Origin: a virus
IMG/VR virus record: IMGVR_UViG_3300042484_001385
Coordinates: 4,836 to 68,835 of that record
Length of the DNA stretch: 64,000 nucleotides
Reading direction: 5' to 3' (one strand)
The notes beneath the pieces are model-generated. The model saw only the letters and a program-made list of their open reading frames with translations. It ran no database searches and had not been told where the DNA came from. A program made the translations under genes and the position numbers. This document shows, in pieces, positions 9,835-19,014 of this stretch. The stretch's first letter is position 1. Each line of letters starts with the position of its first letter.

Positions 9835-10059
9835 ATGGGGCTTCAGGAAGAAGCAATGCTTGAACATCTCATGCTTCAAGGGGCTGTTGAATTCCAGGGT
9901 ATTGATGAAATAACTGGAGAGATGATGTATACCATTACAGAAAAAATGAAAGAAGTTAGTCCAGGTATATATGAAGAATTAAAGGATCAGTACGAGCATC
10001 ATATGTTTCAACTGATTGATCAAGGCCCTACCAGAATGACTTGGAGGGTCCGTACGTGA
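9835..10059 (+). CDS. Hypothetical protein (paralog of next gene)
   Basis: L.LQGAVEF.GID..TGE..Y..TEK similar to next ORF. Confidence 0.65.
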   Translation: MGLQEEAMLEHLMLQGAVEFQGIDEITGEMMYTITEKMKEVSPGIYEELKDQYEHHMFQLIDQGPTRMTWRVRT

Positions 10060-10394
10060 ACTTTAAAGATGAAGATGATGCAATAGATCAGTTAATCTTG
10101 TCTGGTGCTTTAGAGGTTGCTGGAATAGACATAAATACAGGAGAGCCAATATATAATTTTACAGAAAAATTAATAGATATAAGTCCAGAGTTGCATAAAG
10201 AAGTTTCTTTATATTTTTCTCGTGAAACTATGTCGTTGTGGAGTCATGGGTTTTTGGACATGGATGTGACTGAAAAAAATCCTATAGTAACTCTTACGCC
10301 AAAAGCATTAGATGATATAGAGGTATCTAAACTAAGCAAAGAATCTCAGGCTACGTTGAGGGAAATAATAAGAGTTATCCTTTCAGATAAGTAG
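10056..10394 (+). CDS. Hypothetical protein
   Basis: GTG start overlapping previous stop; LILSGALEVAGID..TGEPIYNFTEK. Confidence 0.65.
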   Translation: MNFKDEDDAIDQLILSGALEVAGIDINTGEPIYNFTEKLIDISPELHKEVSLYFSRETMSLWSHGFLDMDVTEKNPIVTLTPKALDDIEVSKLSKESQATLREIIRVILSDK

Positions 10395-10412
10395 TATAAT
10401 TGTTTTGGAGAC

Positions 10413-10838
10413 ATGATGGAATATTTTTTAGGATCTGCGATCACCTTGATTGCTATGTTCATTACAACAAGGCTTGCAGTTCCACGCATAAAAAAAACAA
10501 AACATCTACCATTTAGGTATAGTCAAAGCCACATACATATGCTTGTAATGCCTTTAATGCCAGAACTAAAATACCGTAAGAAAAGAATGATTACTCAGTC
10601 AAGCAAGCATGATGAAAAAATTAATATAAAAGTAATAATATTAGAAAATAAAGCATATTTTGTAAAAGATGGAGGGTTTTATTGTGCAGATGTTGATGGC
10701 CATTCAGTAGATAGTCAGAATGCAACCCTAGTTGACACAATAGGTATGGATAAGGTACAATTAGATAAGATGCTGTTTATAATGGATCAACTTAGAGAAG
10801 GGAAAACTAATGATAGTGGGAATACAGGGAACAAGTAG
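10413..10838 (+). CDS. Hypothetical protein with N-terminal TM segment
   Basis: ORF with promoter tagtataat and RBS ggag. Confidence 0.65.
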   Translation: MMEYFLGSAITLIAMFITTRLAVPRIKKTKHLPFRYSQSHIHMLVMPLMPELKYRKKRMITQSSKHDEKINIKVIILENKAYFVKDGGFYCADVDGHSVDSQNATLVDTIGMDKVQLDKMLFIMDQLREGKTNDSGNTGNK

Positions 10839-11160
10839 TTTTGATGACTACCAGGTTTTTCTTAGAGCCATGGCAGTCACAATGTCTTCTTTAAAAGAGG
10901 ATGATCAGTACTTCTATGTTTATTCTGCAGGACCAGCAAACATTAATGCAATGGTTATGGAGTTTGCAAATCTTTCAGAACGAGGGCTAAAGGCTCGTGG
11001 TAAAAGTATTAAGTATAAGCCAGTACCTCCTTCATGGATTACAGAAAATATTTTAGATATAAATTACTTTGCTTTTTTAAGTAAAGAAAAAGAACAGGTA
11101 TCAAAACTTGTCGATGAAGCAAAACAAAATAATGTCGAATACGGCATTTTCCGATACTAA
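10810..11160 (+). CDS. Possible SLOG/YspA-like protein
   Basis: MIVGIQGTSSFDDY start resembles the SLOG G.R.F.DY motif; weak. Confidence 0.45.
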   Translation: MIVGIQGTSSFDDYQVFLRAMAVTMSSLKEDDQYFYVYSAGPANINAMVMEFANLSERGLKARGKSIKYKPVPPSWITENILDINYFAFLSKEKEQVSKLVDEAKQNNVEYGIFRY

Positions 11161-11174
11161 CAGAAAGAATAAAA

Positions 11175-11384
11175 ATGCAAATCAAATCATTAGAACAAAT
11201 GGAAAAAATTGTTAATAGCAACAAGTCTTTAGTTTGGGATGGATGGACTGTAGTCAATTCTTATCCTTCCGAAAAAGGAAGAATAGATCAGAATGGAGCA
11301 TTTGTTAATGGCAAGTGGCATTTACAGCGTCGTTTTGTACCTTCTAAAAACGGATGGGACATACCAGACAAGTTTGTGAGTTAA
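11175..11384 (+). CDS. Hypothetical protein
   Basis: ORF in operon, Trp-rich. Confidence 0.6.
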   Translation: MQIKSLEQMEKIVNSNKSLVWDGWTVVNSYPSEKGRIDQNGAFVNGKWHLQRRFVPSKNGWDIPDKFVS

Positions 11385-11385
11385 C

Positions 11386-11670
11386 ATGCCAAAAGATAAA
11401 TGGAAAGACGATGCTGTATGCTTAGACTATGATACAAATTTATTTTTTGAAAAGTATGAAGATGATGAACTACTAAGACCAGCAATAGATAAACTTTGCT
11501 CTATGTGTCCAGTATCAAAAATGTGTTTTGCTGTTGGAGTTTCACAAAAAGAGTGGGGTATTTGGGGTGGAGTTTACCTTGAAAACGGGCAGATATCTAA
11601 AGAGTTCTCTAAGCATAAGTCTAAAACAGACTGGGCAAACACTTGGCAAAGACTAACAACGGAGCAATAA
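11386..11670 (+). CDS. whiB: WhiB-family transcription factor
   Basis: W...A.C..D..LFF; C..CPV..C; WGIWGG motif. Confidence 0.9.
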   Translation: MPKDKWKDDAVCLDYDTNLFFEKYEDDELLRPAIDKLCSMCPVSKMCFAVGVSQKEWGIWGGVYLENGQISKEFSKHKSKTDWANTWQRLTTEQ

Positions 11671-11671
11671 A

Positions 11672-11908
11672 ATGTATACAGATTCAATGAGAAGAGCGTT
11701 TCATTCTTTAAAAGGTCCAAAAGGTTTTCATCTTCAGGTAATTGATCATGATAATTTTTTAACAGTGAAAGCAAGTGAAAAACAGTTTATGAGTCTTTCT
11801 GGAGAAGAAAGAAAAGAGGCTGTAGAATATATGATTCGTACAAAAAAAGCACTTGAAGATAATGGGGCAATTGTTTTATTAGTTAGAGAAGGTGGGGCAG
11901 AACTATGA
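11672..11908 (+). CDS. Hypothetical protein
   Basis: ORF tightly coupled to whiB. Confidence 0.65.
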   Translation: MYTDSMRRAFHSLKGPKGFHLQVIDHDNFLTVKASEKQFMSLSGEERKEAVEYMIRTKKALEDNGAIVLLVREGGAEL

Positions 11909-12330
11909 TCGAGTTTATATCATTTTTAATTTTTATATTTTTATTTTTTGGATTAGTAGTTAAAAATATTATATCTAGTGTTAAACTATCTTCACTTTAT
12001 AAACAAGTACTTCAATTACACATAGACAAAAATATACTTTCTGAAAAACTTTTTGAAGCATCTGCCTTAAACTTATTAAAAAACGAAAAAGAATCAGATG
12101 CTTTTTTAAAATTTATTTCAGATTCTAGGGACTGGGCATATCAATATATAGATGATGTGCAAGAGGGTATTAATAAATTTATTAAGGAAGTTGAGCCAGA
12201 AATAGCATATTTTGATGAATATGGTGTTGCCAGTTCTGCTTATCCACATTACCATTCAATGAAAAAAATTTCTTTAGCATACAAAGAACTAAAAACTCTA
12301 TTACCTGAAGACTATGATAAAATAGAGTAA
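11905..12330 (+). CDS. Hypothetical membrane-anchored protein
   Basis: N-terminal TM segment; ATGA overlap. Confidence 0.65.
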   Translation: MIEFISFLIFIFLFFGLVVKNIISSVKLSSLYKQVLQLHIDKNILSEKLFEASALNLLKNEKESDAFLKFISDSRDWAYQYIDDVQEGINKFIKEVEPEIAYFDEYGVASSAYPHYHSMKKISLAYKELKTLLPEDYDKIE

Positions 12331-12472
12331 TGATAGTCCTTAAAAGCACGAAGAATCTTAACTTTTCAATATGCGAAGAAGAACTTTGTCAAGAAGAAAG
12401 TACTCAGATTTGGGCAAATTCTGAAAGTCGTATTGTAGATCTATGCGATATGCACTATGCAAAGGCAAAAGA

Positions 12473-13354
12473 ATGAAGTTTTATTATTTTGGTGGAGTAA
12501 TGGGAGACACAGAAAACATAAAGTCTCCGTCAAACTTAAACAGCCATAATTTTTCTGGAGTAATGTTTACCCATGATATCCCAGAAGGAGACATGTTTGT
12601 TAAAACAGCAAAAGATATAAAGCATGGCGAAAATATTAAATACTTAGTTGCAATTCGTCCATACACAATATCTCCCCAGTATCTTTCTATGATAAACAGA
12701 TCTATAAATAAAATAGACAAAGATAGGCTTCAAATTAACTTAATTTCTGGATACATAAAAGATCATGAAGATGGTGTAGGTGGTGTTGTTGGAGATGTTA
12801 ACGACAAATCAAGCGCCCTTGACAGATCAAACTACATGATAGAATTTCTTAAAGTATTAAACGAAATGGATCAAGACAAAGAATCACCAGGATACTGGAA
12901 AGACCCAAACCATAAAAACAAATTAGATGTTTATGTATCAACAACAAATAGTTATGTATTTGAAGCAGTAAAAAAATATGGACATAAAATTATTTTGCCA
13001 TACCACATATATGCTCGTGGTGGATGGTCTGATTTCTTAAAAGATTCTTCTATATTAATCCCCCTTGAGTTGGACGGCACAGAAGTAATGATTGCAATTA
13101 CCCCTATTATTAGAAAAACAGAAGAAGAACTTGACCTACTAACAGACCATGTAGTTAGACCAGTATGGAGAAAGGGAGAGATTCCACAACCTGTTTTGGA
13201 TGCTGCCTACTTTACATATGAACAGTTTGATGATCTTGTTAGAACTCTTGAAAGCAGAGGAATAAACCATATGCTTATTAATGCCGTACCATCAGAAGAA
13301 GTAAATGTAATAGTTCCATTTATTAAACAATATGTAGAGGAAAATAAAAGATGA
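12473..13354 (+). CDS. Second luciferase-like (LLM-fold) protein, divergent
   Basis: IKYLVAIRPYTISPQYLSM..DRLQINLISG shared with 8594-9433. Confidence 0.6.
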   Translation: MKFYYFGGVMGDTENIKSPSNLNSHNFSGVMFTHDIPEGDMFVKTAKDIKHGENIKYLVAIRPYTISPQYLSMINRSINKIDKDRLQINLISGYIKDHEDGVGGVVGDVNDKSSALDRSNYMIEFLKVLNEMDQDKESPGYWKDPNHKNKLDVYVSTTNSYVFEAVKKYGHKIILPYHIYARGGWSDFLKDSSILIPLELDGTEVMIAITPIIRKTEEELDLLTDHVVRPVWRKGEIPQPVLDAAYFTYEQFDDLVRTLESRGINHMLINAVPSEEVNVIVPFIKQYVEENKR

Positions 13355-13509
13355 AAGATGTTATACTATCAATACTAACAGGTTTTGGATGTGGTGTAGT
13401 TTTTGCTGCATTCAAATTGCCAGTACCAGCACCACCAGTTTTTGCGGGAGTCGCAGGAATTATTGGTTTGTGGATTGGCTTTACAGTACTAACAAAAATA
13501 ATATCCTAG
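13351..13509 (+). CDS. XapX-domain (DUF1427) small membrane protein
   Basis: Translated by hand: MKDVILSILTGFGCGVVFAAFKLPVPAPPVFAGVAGIIGLWIG; LPVPAPP motif. Confidence 0.75.
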   Translation: MKDVILSILTGFGCGVVFAAFKLPVPAPPVFAGVAGIIGLWIGFTVLTKIIS

Positions 13510-13519
13510 GAGGAAAATT

Positions 13520-13855
13520 ATGAAAAACATAAACAAAACAATGATCGAATCATACGTAAGAAACCTTATCGGTCAGGTATTTGGAGCAATGGTAATTGTT
13601 TCACAAACATCTGGACTTGATATGCCATTTGGTTTTGGAACAAGTGAATGGCTACTTGTGGCAAACACACTATGGTCATCTCTTGTGCCCGTAGCGCTAA
13701 GATATATCAATAAGAAGGATCCAGCATTTGGACTTGTCGCTGCAGCAGTAGCACAAGAAGTTTCAAAGAAACTTACTTCAGCACCAAAGAAGACTGCCAA
13801 GAAGGCTCCTGCAAAGAAGTCATCTGGTGGAGGAAAGACCAATCAGGTAAAATAA
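13520..13855 (+). CDS. Membrane protein (holin-like) with Lys/Ala-rich tail
   Basis: ESY.R..; PVALRY.N.KD.AFG; PKKTAKKAPAKK tail. Confidence 0.55.
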   Translation: MKNINKTMIESYVRNLIGQVFGAMVIVSQTSGLDMPFGFGTSEWLLVANTLWSSLVPVALRYINKKDPAFGLVAAAVAQEVSKKLTSAPKKTAKKAPAKKSSGGGKTNQVK

Positions 13856-13872
13856 AGTAGTATAATTTATAC

Positions 13873-13986
13873 TATTCCGCTATAAGACTTTAAAAGGTTT
13901 TGCAACGGATGCTCTTATGAGAAGAGAGTTAGCAGGAGTCGAACCTTCGTGGCTAATAGACCTGAGCAGTCGTCTATAAACTGCTC
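13873..13986 (+). ncRNA. Candidate ~115-nt structured small RNA ending in the pseudoknot motif
   Basis: TATAAT at 13861; non-coding; stems ctctt/aagag, ttagc/gctaa, atagac/gtctat plus gagcag/ctgctc pseudoknot. Confidence 0.5.
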
Positions 13987-14008
13987 ATTTCCTATGCTAT
14001 AATATTAG

Positions 14009-14060
14009 TACCTGCCCAAATGGGGGGTAAATTAACTTATTCGCTTGAAAGGGGAATAAT
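14009..14060 (+). promoter_or_regulatory. ROSE-like RNA thermometer candidate in hsp20 leader
   Basis: ttattcgctt-gaaa-ggggaataa hairpin hides the RBS; contains UCGCU with a bulged G. Confidence 0.5.
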
Positions 14061-14465
14061 ATGGTAAAAACAGCACTGGATCTTTTTAATGATCCATTTT
14101 TCAATACCTTCTCAAATTTCCAGAAGGTAACAACAACAACAAACTATCCACCTTATAACCAGATTAAACTAAATGATACAGAGTATATTCTGTCATTTGC
14201 TTTGGCTGGTTTCTCTAAGGATGATGTCTCAGTATCGCTAGACAATCGCAAACTTACAATCAAGGGCGAGAAGCAGGATGCTGAGTTGCCAGAGGGAGCA
14301 GAGTATCTACACAAGGGCATTGCAGCCCGTAAGTTTACTGATATCTTCACCCTTCCTGAGTTTGTTGAGGTTATTGGGGCTGAATTTAAGGACGGTATCT
14401 TAGATATCAAACTTGAAAAGCAGATCCCAGAAGATAAACTACCAAAAACAATAGCAATACAGTAG
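14061..14465 (+). CDS. hsp20: Small heat-shock protein Hsp20 (IbpA-like)
   Basis: NYPPYN, ALAGFSKDD, YLHKGIAARKF and A.FKDGIL.I.L motifs. Confidence 0.92.
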   Translation: MVKTALDLFNDPFFNTFSNFQKVTTTTNYPPYNQIKLNDTEYILSFALAGFSKDDVSVSLDNRKLTIKGEKQDAELPEGAEYLHKGIAARKFTDIFTLPEFVEVIGAEFKDGILDIKLEKQIPEDKLPKTIAIQ

Positions 14466-14477
14466 TACAATATAAAT

Positions 14478-14562
14478 GTCCCCACACAGGACCTTAGTGA
14501 TGGATTAGTTACCCATTGGATAGAGACCGTGGCGCAAGTCAGGTGAATTGCCTGTGTGGGGC
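14478..14562 (+). ncRNA. Candidate ~85-nt structured ncRNA
   Basis: TACAAT-N6 places +1 at G14478; 11-bp closing stem ccccacacagg/cctgtgtgggg; internal hairpin with GCAA tetraloop. Confidence 0.6.
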
Positions 14563-14589
14563 TTAATATTTTGCGGTATACTTAGAGCA

Positions 14590-14865
14590 ATGACTGACAA
14601 AGAGTTAGACCATTATAATAAGCAACAATTAAAGAAGAGGCTTGCCGAAATAAAGGAAAAGTCTGGATGTTTTGACTGCGGAGTATCTAATCATATAGTT
14701 TTAGATTTTGATCACCTTAGAGATAAAAAATATAATATATCAAGAATGGTGCACGATGGATTCTCTTGGAAGGCTATTAAAAAAGAGATAGAGAAGTGCC
14801 AGGTAGTTTGTGCCAATTGCCACAGGATCAGGACTCATAATAGGTTCCTTGGTCTCATAGCATGA
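14590..14865 (+). CDS. Small HNH endonuclease
   Basis: CFDCG..LDFDH..C.VVCANCHRIRT. Confidence 0.8.
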   Translation: MTDKELDHYNKQQLKKRLAEIKEKSGCFDCGVSNHIVLDFDHLRDKKYNISRMVHDGFSWKAIKKEIEKCQVVCANCHRIRTHNRFLGLIA

Positions 14866-14877
14866 TATAATGGTTAT

Positions 14878-15753
14878 ATGTTAGATTTAAAAGAAGGCGA
14901 CTTTGCCATGACAGCACATGGATCAGATGAAGAGATTCATGTTGGTCAAGTAGTTCATGTAATGCGTGAAGGTATGCTTGGTGTACCAGGAGGGGAATAC
15001 TCCCTTGAAGCATCTGCTGAAAATCCAGCGGTACTAATTCAGTTATTTGAACAGGAAGAAAATGGATACTGGGAAGCAACAAACTTATACACAGGATGTA
15101 TGATGGCATTAATGATTCCAATTGACCCACTTCCACAAGAACCAGAAGATGCAGAGGTTGCAATGGCAATGTATGATGCATCAATTGGAAAATCAGACTG
15201 TTGTCCAGAAGAGATGTTAAAGCAAGCACCATGTTGGGATGGATACGTACAGCGTGGAATGAAGCCAGGAGCAAATGGTAAACCAGTTCCTAACTGTGTC
15301 CCTGCTGCAAAAGCAGATGACTTATTTGAAGATGATGATACAGTTGAATACGATACAGACACAGTGTTAAAGGCTGAAGGGTATTCACCTCCAGCGGGAG
15401 CAAGATCTGCTGCTCGTAGAGCAATTAAATTTAAAGAAGATGGTAAGGCAACTGGTGCAGGAACTGCAGTTGGTTGGACTCGTGCAGGTCAGTTAGCAAG
15501 AGGGGAAACAATTTCTCTTAGTACTGTTAAGAGAATGTATTCATATTTCTCACGCCATGAAGTAGACAAGAAGGGTAAGGACTGGGGTAACTCAGCAAAC
15601 CCATCTAATGGCTACATCATGTGGTTAGCATGGGGTGGAGACGCAGGATTCTCTTGGTCAAGAGGAATTGTTAATCGTGAAAAGGATAAGGCATTGTTTG
15701 CTGACTTTGGCAAGGACTACACAAAGGTGCAAACAGAAAGACACACACTATAA
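14878..15753 (+). CDS. Hypothetical phage protein (multi-domain, possibly head-associated)
   Basis: CWDGY..GMK..VPNCVP motif and GTAVGWTRAGQLA..VKRMYSYFSRH..WLAWGG domain recurrent in phages. Confidence 0.55.
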   Translation: MLDLKEGDFAMTAHGSDEEIHVGQVVHVMREGMLGVPGGEYSLEASAENPAVLIQLFEQEENGYWEATNLYTGCMMALMIPIDPLPQEPEDAEVAMAMYDASIGKSDCCPEEMLKQAPCWDGYVQRGMKPGANGKPVPNCVPAAKADDLFEDDDTVEYDTDTVLKAEGYSPPAGARSAARRAIKFKEDGKATGAGTAVGWTRAGQLARGETISLSTVKRMYSYFSRHEVDKKGKDWGNSANPSNGYIMWLAWGGDAGFSWSRGIVNREKDKALFADFGKDYTKVQTERHTL

Positions 15754-15887
15754 TGCCAAAGAAAAAAGCATCAGCATTTAATCCAGTTCAGATTAAAGAT
15801 GGATGGATTGTAAGATTATATAAAGATGGTCGTATTAAATCTAAGATTGCACCATACGAAGTAAAGCATCCTAAAAATATATCATCT

Positions 15888-17309
15888 TCAAGTTAAGATT
15901 TTGAAGTTATATTCTTTTTCCCATTTAATAATATCATTTTTATCGTTTAGCAATGGCTGACCTTTAATATTCAAACTAGTATTGAGCAAAATAGGAACTC
16001 CAGTTTGAAGATAAAACTTATTAATTGCTCTCCATAAACCACGGTGTTGATCTTTATTTACAGTCTGAACTCTTGATGTTCCATCTGCATGAACTACAGA
16101 TGGTATCTTTTCAGGCTGTAAGCATTTAACTGTATACTGCATGTACGGGCTTGTAAAGTCCATATCAAACCATTTAGAAGCACACTCTTCCATAACTACT
16201 GGTGCAAATGGTCTAAATAACTCTCTTTGTTTAATTAGGTTTACTTTGTCTTTAATATTTGGATCCCTTGGATCTGCAAGGATACTTCTGTTTCCCAATG
16301 CTCTTGGACCATATTCTGCTTTACCTGATGCTACGGCTACGATTCCATCTTTTAGTATCCCGTCCACAATTTGCTGAACAGGATACTCTCCTCCAAGATC
16401 ATAGCCAAGATATGGAGTCTTCCAGTTAAGATGCTTTCCATATAGTGCTGCAGCAGCACCCAAAGAACTGCCAGCATCACCAGGGTTAGGCATGATCCAT
16501 ATCATATCAAATATATTCCATAGCAATGTATTCGCTGAAGAGTTAAGTGCACATCCACCCATAAAGACCAAATTCTTTTTACCAGTAATAGAGTATGCCA
16601 TGTGCATAAAATCATTTAGTCTCTGTTGATATACAACCTGAACTGCTGCAGCAATATCAAACCTATCTTGCTCAGTAATTATCATACCCCAGTCATGTAT
16701 TCCCTTATGAAAGTTATATTTCTGTTGGTCATACTGTGGGAAATATTTATCTACTTCTTTATAATACCTTTTCCAGTCTCCGTATGCAGCCATACCCATC
16801 ATAATATATTCTTCTTGATTTGGTATAAGACCAATCAGTTGTGTGAATGCAGAATAGAACAGCCCAAAACTAACTGAATAGTTTTGCTTATATTTAAGTC
16901 TAATCTTGTTTCCTTCTCCAACCCAAATTGTCGAGGTATTGTATTCTCCAATAGCGTCAAGAACAACAATAACAGCATCATTAAATGCACTTGTATAGTA
17001 TCCTGCTGCTGCATGGGAATAGTGGTGCTTAAAATAGTGTACTGGAACATGTATTGGGAATTTGGGCTTCCAATCGCTTGCGCCACCGTGAAGCATCATT
17101 CTAGATTTTTTAAGTAGGGGCTTTTCATAATACGCAATTGCATCTGGGGTTCCATAGTTCAAAGCATCTAAAATGATTTCTTTATTGTTGTACCAATCAT
17201 TTTTTTGCTTGCTATATCTTTCTGCATGTCCCGCAAAAAGTATCTCACCGTCTTTAATTAAAGAAATAGAGGCATCGTGTGAAGTTTCGTTGATCCCAAG
17301 AATTATCAT
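15888..17309 (-). CDS. Carbamoyltransferase (NodU/CmcH family)
   Basis: ILGIN..HDAS, HHYSHAA, VLDAIGE, GGCALN, EYGPRALGNRSILADP, RPFAP and LNTSLN. Confidence 0.92.
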   Translation of the reverse strand: MIILGINETSHDASISLIKDGEILFAGHAERYSKQKNDWYNNKEIILDALNYGTPDAIAYYEKPLLKKSRMMLHGGASDWKPKFPIHVPVHYFKHHYSHAAAGYYTSAFNDAVIVVLDAIGEYNTSTIWVGEGNKIRLKYKQNYSVSFGLFYSAFTQLIGLIPNQEEYIMMGMAAYGDWKRYYKEVDKYFPQYDQQKYNFHKGIHDWGMIITEQDRFDIAAAVQVVYQQRLNDFMHMAYSITGKKNLVFMGGCALNSSANTLLWNIFDMIWIMPNPGDAGSSLGAAAALYGKHLNWKTPYLGYDLGGEYPVQQIVDGILKDGIVAVASGKAEYGPRALGNRSILADPRDPNIKDKVNLIKQRELFRPFAPVVMEECASKWFDMDFTSPYMQYTVKCLQPEKIPSVVHADGTSRVQTVNKDQHRGLWRAINKFYLQTGVPILLNTSLNIKGQPLLNDKNDIIKWEKEYNFKILT

Positions 17310-17387
17310 TAGTATATAAACTGTTTCTTTTTCTTTTTTCTATTCTTAAAAAATAGAAAAATTTTATAAAAACCCCATCGAATATTA

Positions 17388-18281
17388 TTAATCATTACTT
17401 ATCTCCTTATACTTTTCAAGAAATTTTTCTGCCAATCTTTTATTGGTCTGGATTCCCCAGTGTCCAATGCCTGTTTTTTTATTATAATCAGCAGCAAATA
17501 ATAATAATTTACTTTCTATAGATTTATCAACTTCTAAATTTTTTGATGACAATGCTGTCTCCCATTTTTTTACAATATCTGATGTTTTTAAAAATTTTTT
17601 TAATATGTCACTTGAAGTATCTGCTAAATATTCTTGAATTTTATCAAATTCTTCATAAATACTCCAAATAAAAACTATGTTGTTAGAATTACAATATTGT
17701 TCTAACATTTTTATAAACATAAAATTATAAAATAAAGTAAATTCTTTTGGAATTACATATGCTGGATCGTGAGGGGCTTTAGAAAATTGTGCCACATCAT
17801 AATTAAAGTATGCCATTGATGGAATACCTGTATTTATATTAAGATTTAAAGATCCATGTGGATGAATTAATTTTCCTGGGATTGCAGGATACTCTAGTCT
17901 ATATAGTGGAAACAAGGCCAGAATTACTTTTGGGTTTCCTATTTCTTTAAAATAGTTAAATGCTTTGTGCACCTGTCCATTTATACTATCTCCTTGGTAT
18001 GCCAGTCTAGAGTATTTTTTATTTATACTTTTACAAAAAATATCTGACCAAGTAAATTCATTTGGAAGCCCAGAGCCATATGTTTGAGAACATCCTAGAA
18101 TCAATATATCATTATCTTTATTAAAAGGCTCAGACCTATAACCATGCTCATTAATATAATAAGGAATTTCTAGTAGTTGGTCATCACTTGAATAAATAGT
18201 TTTGTTGAGATCGTTTGGTGATCTATTCATTGCAGATTCAAGCAAATTTCTATTAAATAAAAATTCATTAAAATTGTTCAT
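17388..18281 (-). CDS. Hypothetical protein, SGNH-like fold
   Basis: INEHGYRS, ILILGCSQTYG and C-terminal GHWG motif. Confidence 0.55.
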   Translation of the reverse strand: MNNFNEFLFNRNLLESAMNRSPNDLNKTIYSSDDQLLEIPYYINEHGYRSEPFNKDNDILILGCSQTYGSGLPNEFTWSDIFCKSINKKYSRLAYQGDSINGQVHKAFNYFKEIGNPKVILALFPLYRLEYPAIPGKLIHPHGSLNLNINTGIPSMAYFNYDVAQFSKAPHDPAYVIPKEFTLFYNFMFIKMLEQYCNSNNIVFIWSIYEEFDKIQEYLADTSSDILKKFLKTSDIVKKWETALSSKNLEVDKSIESKLLLFAADYNKKTGIGHWGIQTNKRLAEKFLEKYKEISND

Positions 18282-18294
18282 TATTCAATTATAG

Positions 18295-18367
18295 CACCCC
18301 TGGCAGGAATCGAACCTGCGACGCTTGGCTTAGAAGTCCAACGTTCTGTCCACTGAACTACAGAGGT
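18295..18367 (-). tRNA. tRNA-Arg (TCT)
   Basis: Reverse complement ACCTCTG..TTGGA-CTTCTAA-GCCAA..GGTTCGATTCC..CAGGGGT. Confidence 0.88.
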
Positions 18368-18368
18368 T

Positions 18369-18445
18369 TGGTACATCTGGAAGGACTTGAACCTTCGGCT
18401 CTCTGCATATAAGGCAGGTACTCTAACCAACTGAGTTACAGATGT
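18369..18445 (-). tRNA. tRNA-Ile (TAT), encoded CCA
   Basis: Reverse complement ACATCTG..CCTGC-CTTATAT-GCAGA..GGTTCAAGTCC..CAGATGT-A-CCA. Confidence 0.85.
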
Positions 18446-18446
18446 G

Positions 18447-18520
18447 TACACCAGGTAGGACTTGAACCTACGATAGCCGAATTATGAGTTCGGTGCCTTA
18501 ACCAACTTGGCTACTGGTGC
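18447..18520 (-). tRNA. tRNA with CAT anticodon (Met or Ile2)
   Basis: Reverse complement GCACCAG..CCGAA-CTCATAA-TTCGG..GGTTCAAGTCC..CTGGTGT-A. Confidence 0.88.
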
Positions 18521-19014
18521 TAGTACTTATTTAATTAATATGCCAAGCATAATGCCAATAATAAAACACCCAATACCTACAGTCCAATGATAATAAGTTT
18601 TCATATGTTCTTTAATAATGTATTGTTTTAATTCTTTTGATATTTTCTTTAAATCTTCCTGGTCTACCATTTGAATTAGCCCTTCTTTTATGGATTAAAT
18701 CCCTCTAATGCTCCAGAAACAACTGCTTCTCTAATAGAGGCCTGTTGACGCTCAAACCTTGACAAATAAGGTTTTGCTTTAATTCTTTTTCTGTTTTTAT
18801 CTGCTCTCTTAATTTTATGCTGAGATACTTTGTTGTTTGACTTTTTCATTTTGATCCTTGATTTTCTGCTACGTTGTCACATGGACAAATAATTGATTCT
18901 GGAAGTTCATGAACTCTTGTTATGATTGTAATCATTGTTTCACAAGAAGCACACTTATAAATCTTTTTTACTCTTTTATTCATAGTCTAATCATACCATT
19001 CTCTGTAGTGTAAG

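Noticed and set aside
14478-14562. tRNA, SRP RNA, glycine riboswitch or hammerhead identity for this element
   Set aside because: Lacks a T-loop/anticodon arm, the SRP GGAA loop motif, the glycine aptamer core and the CUGAUGA/GAAA hammerhead core
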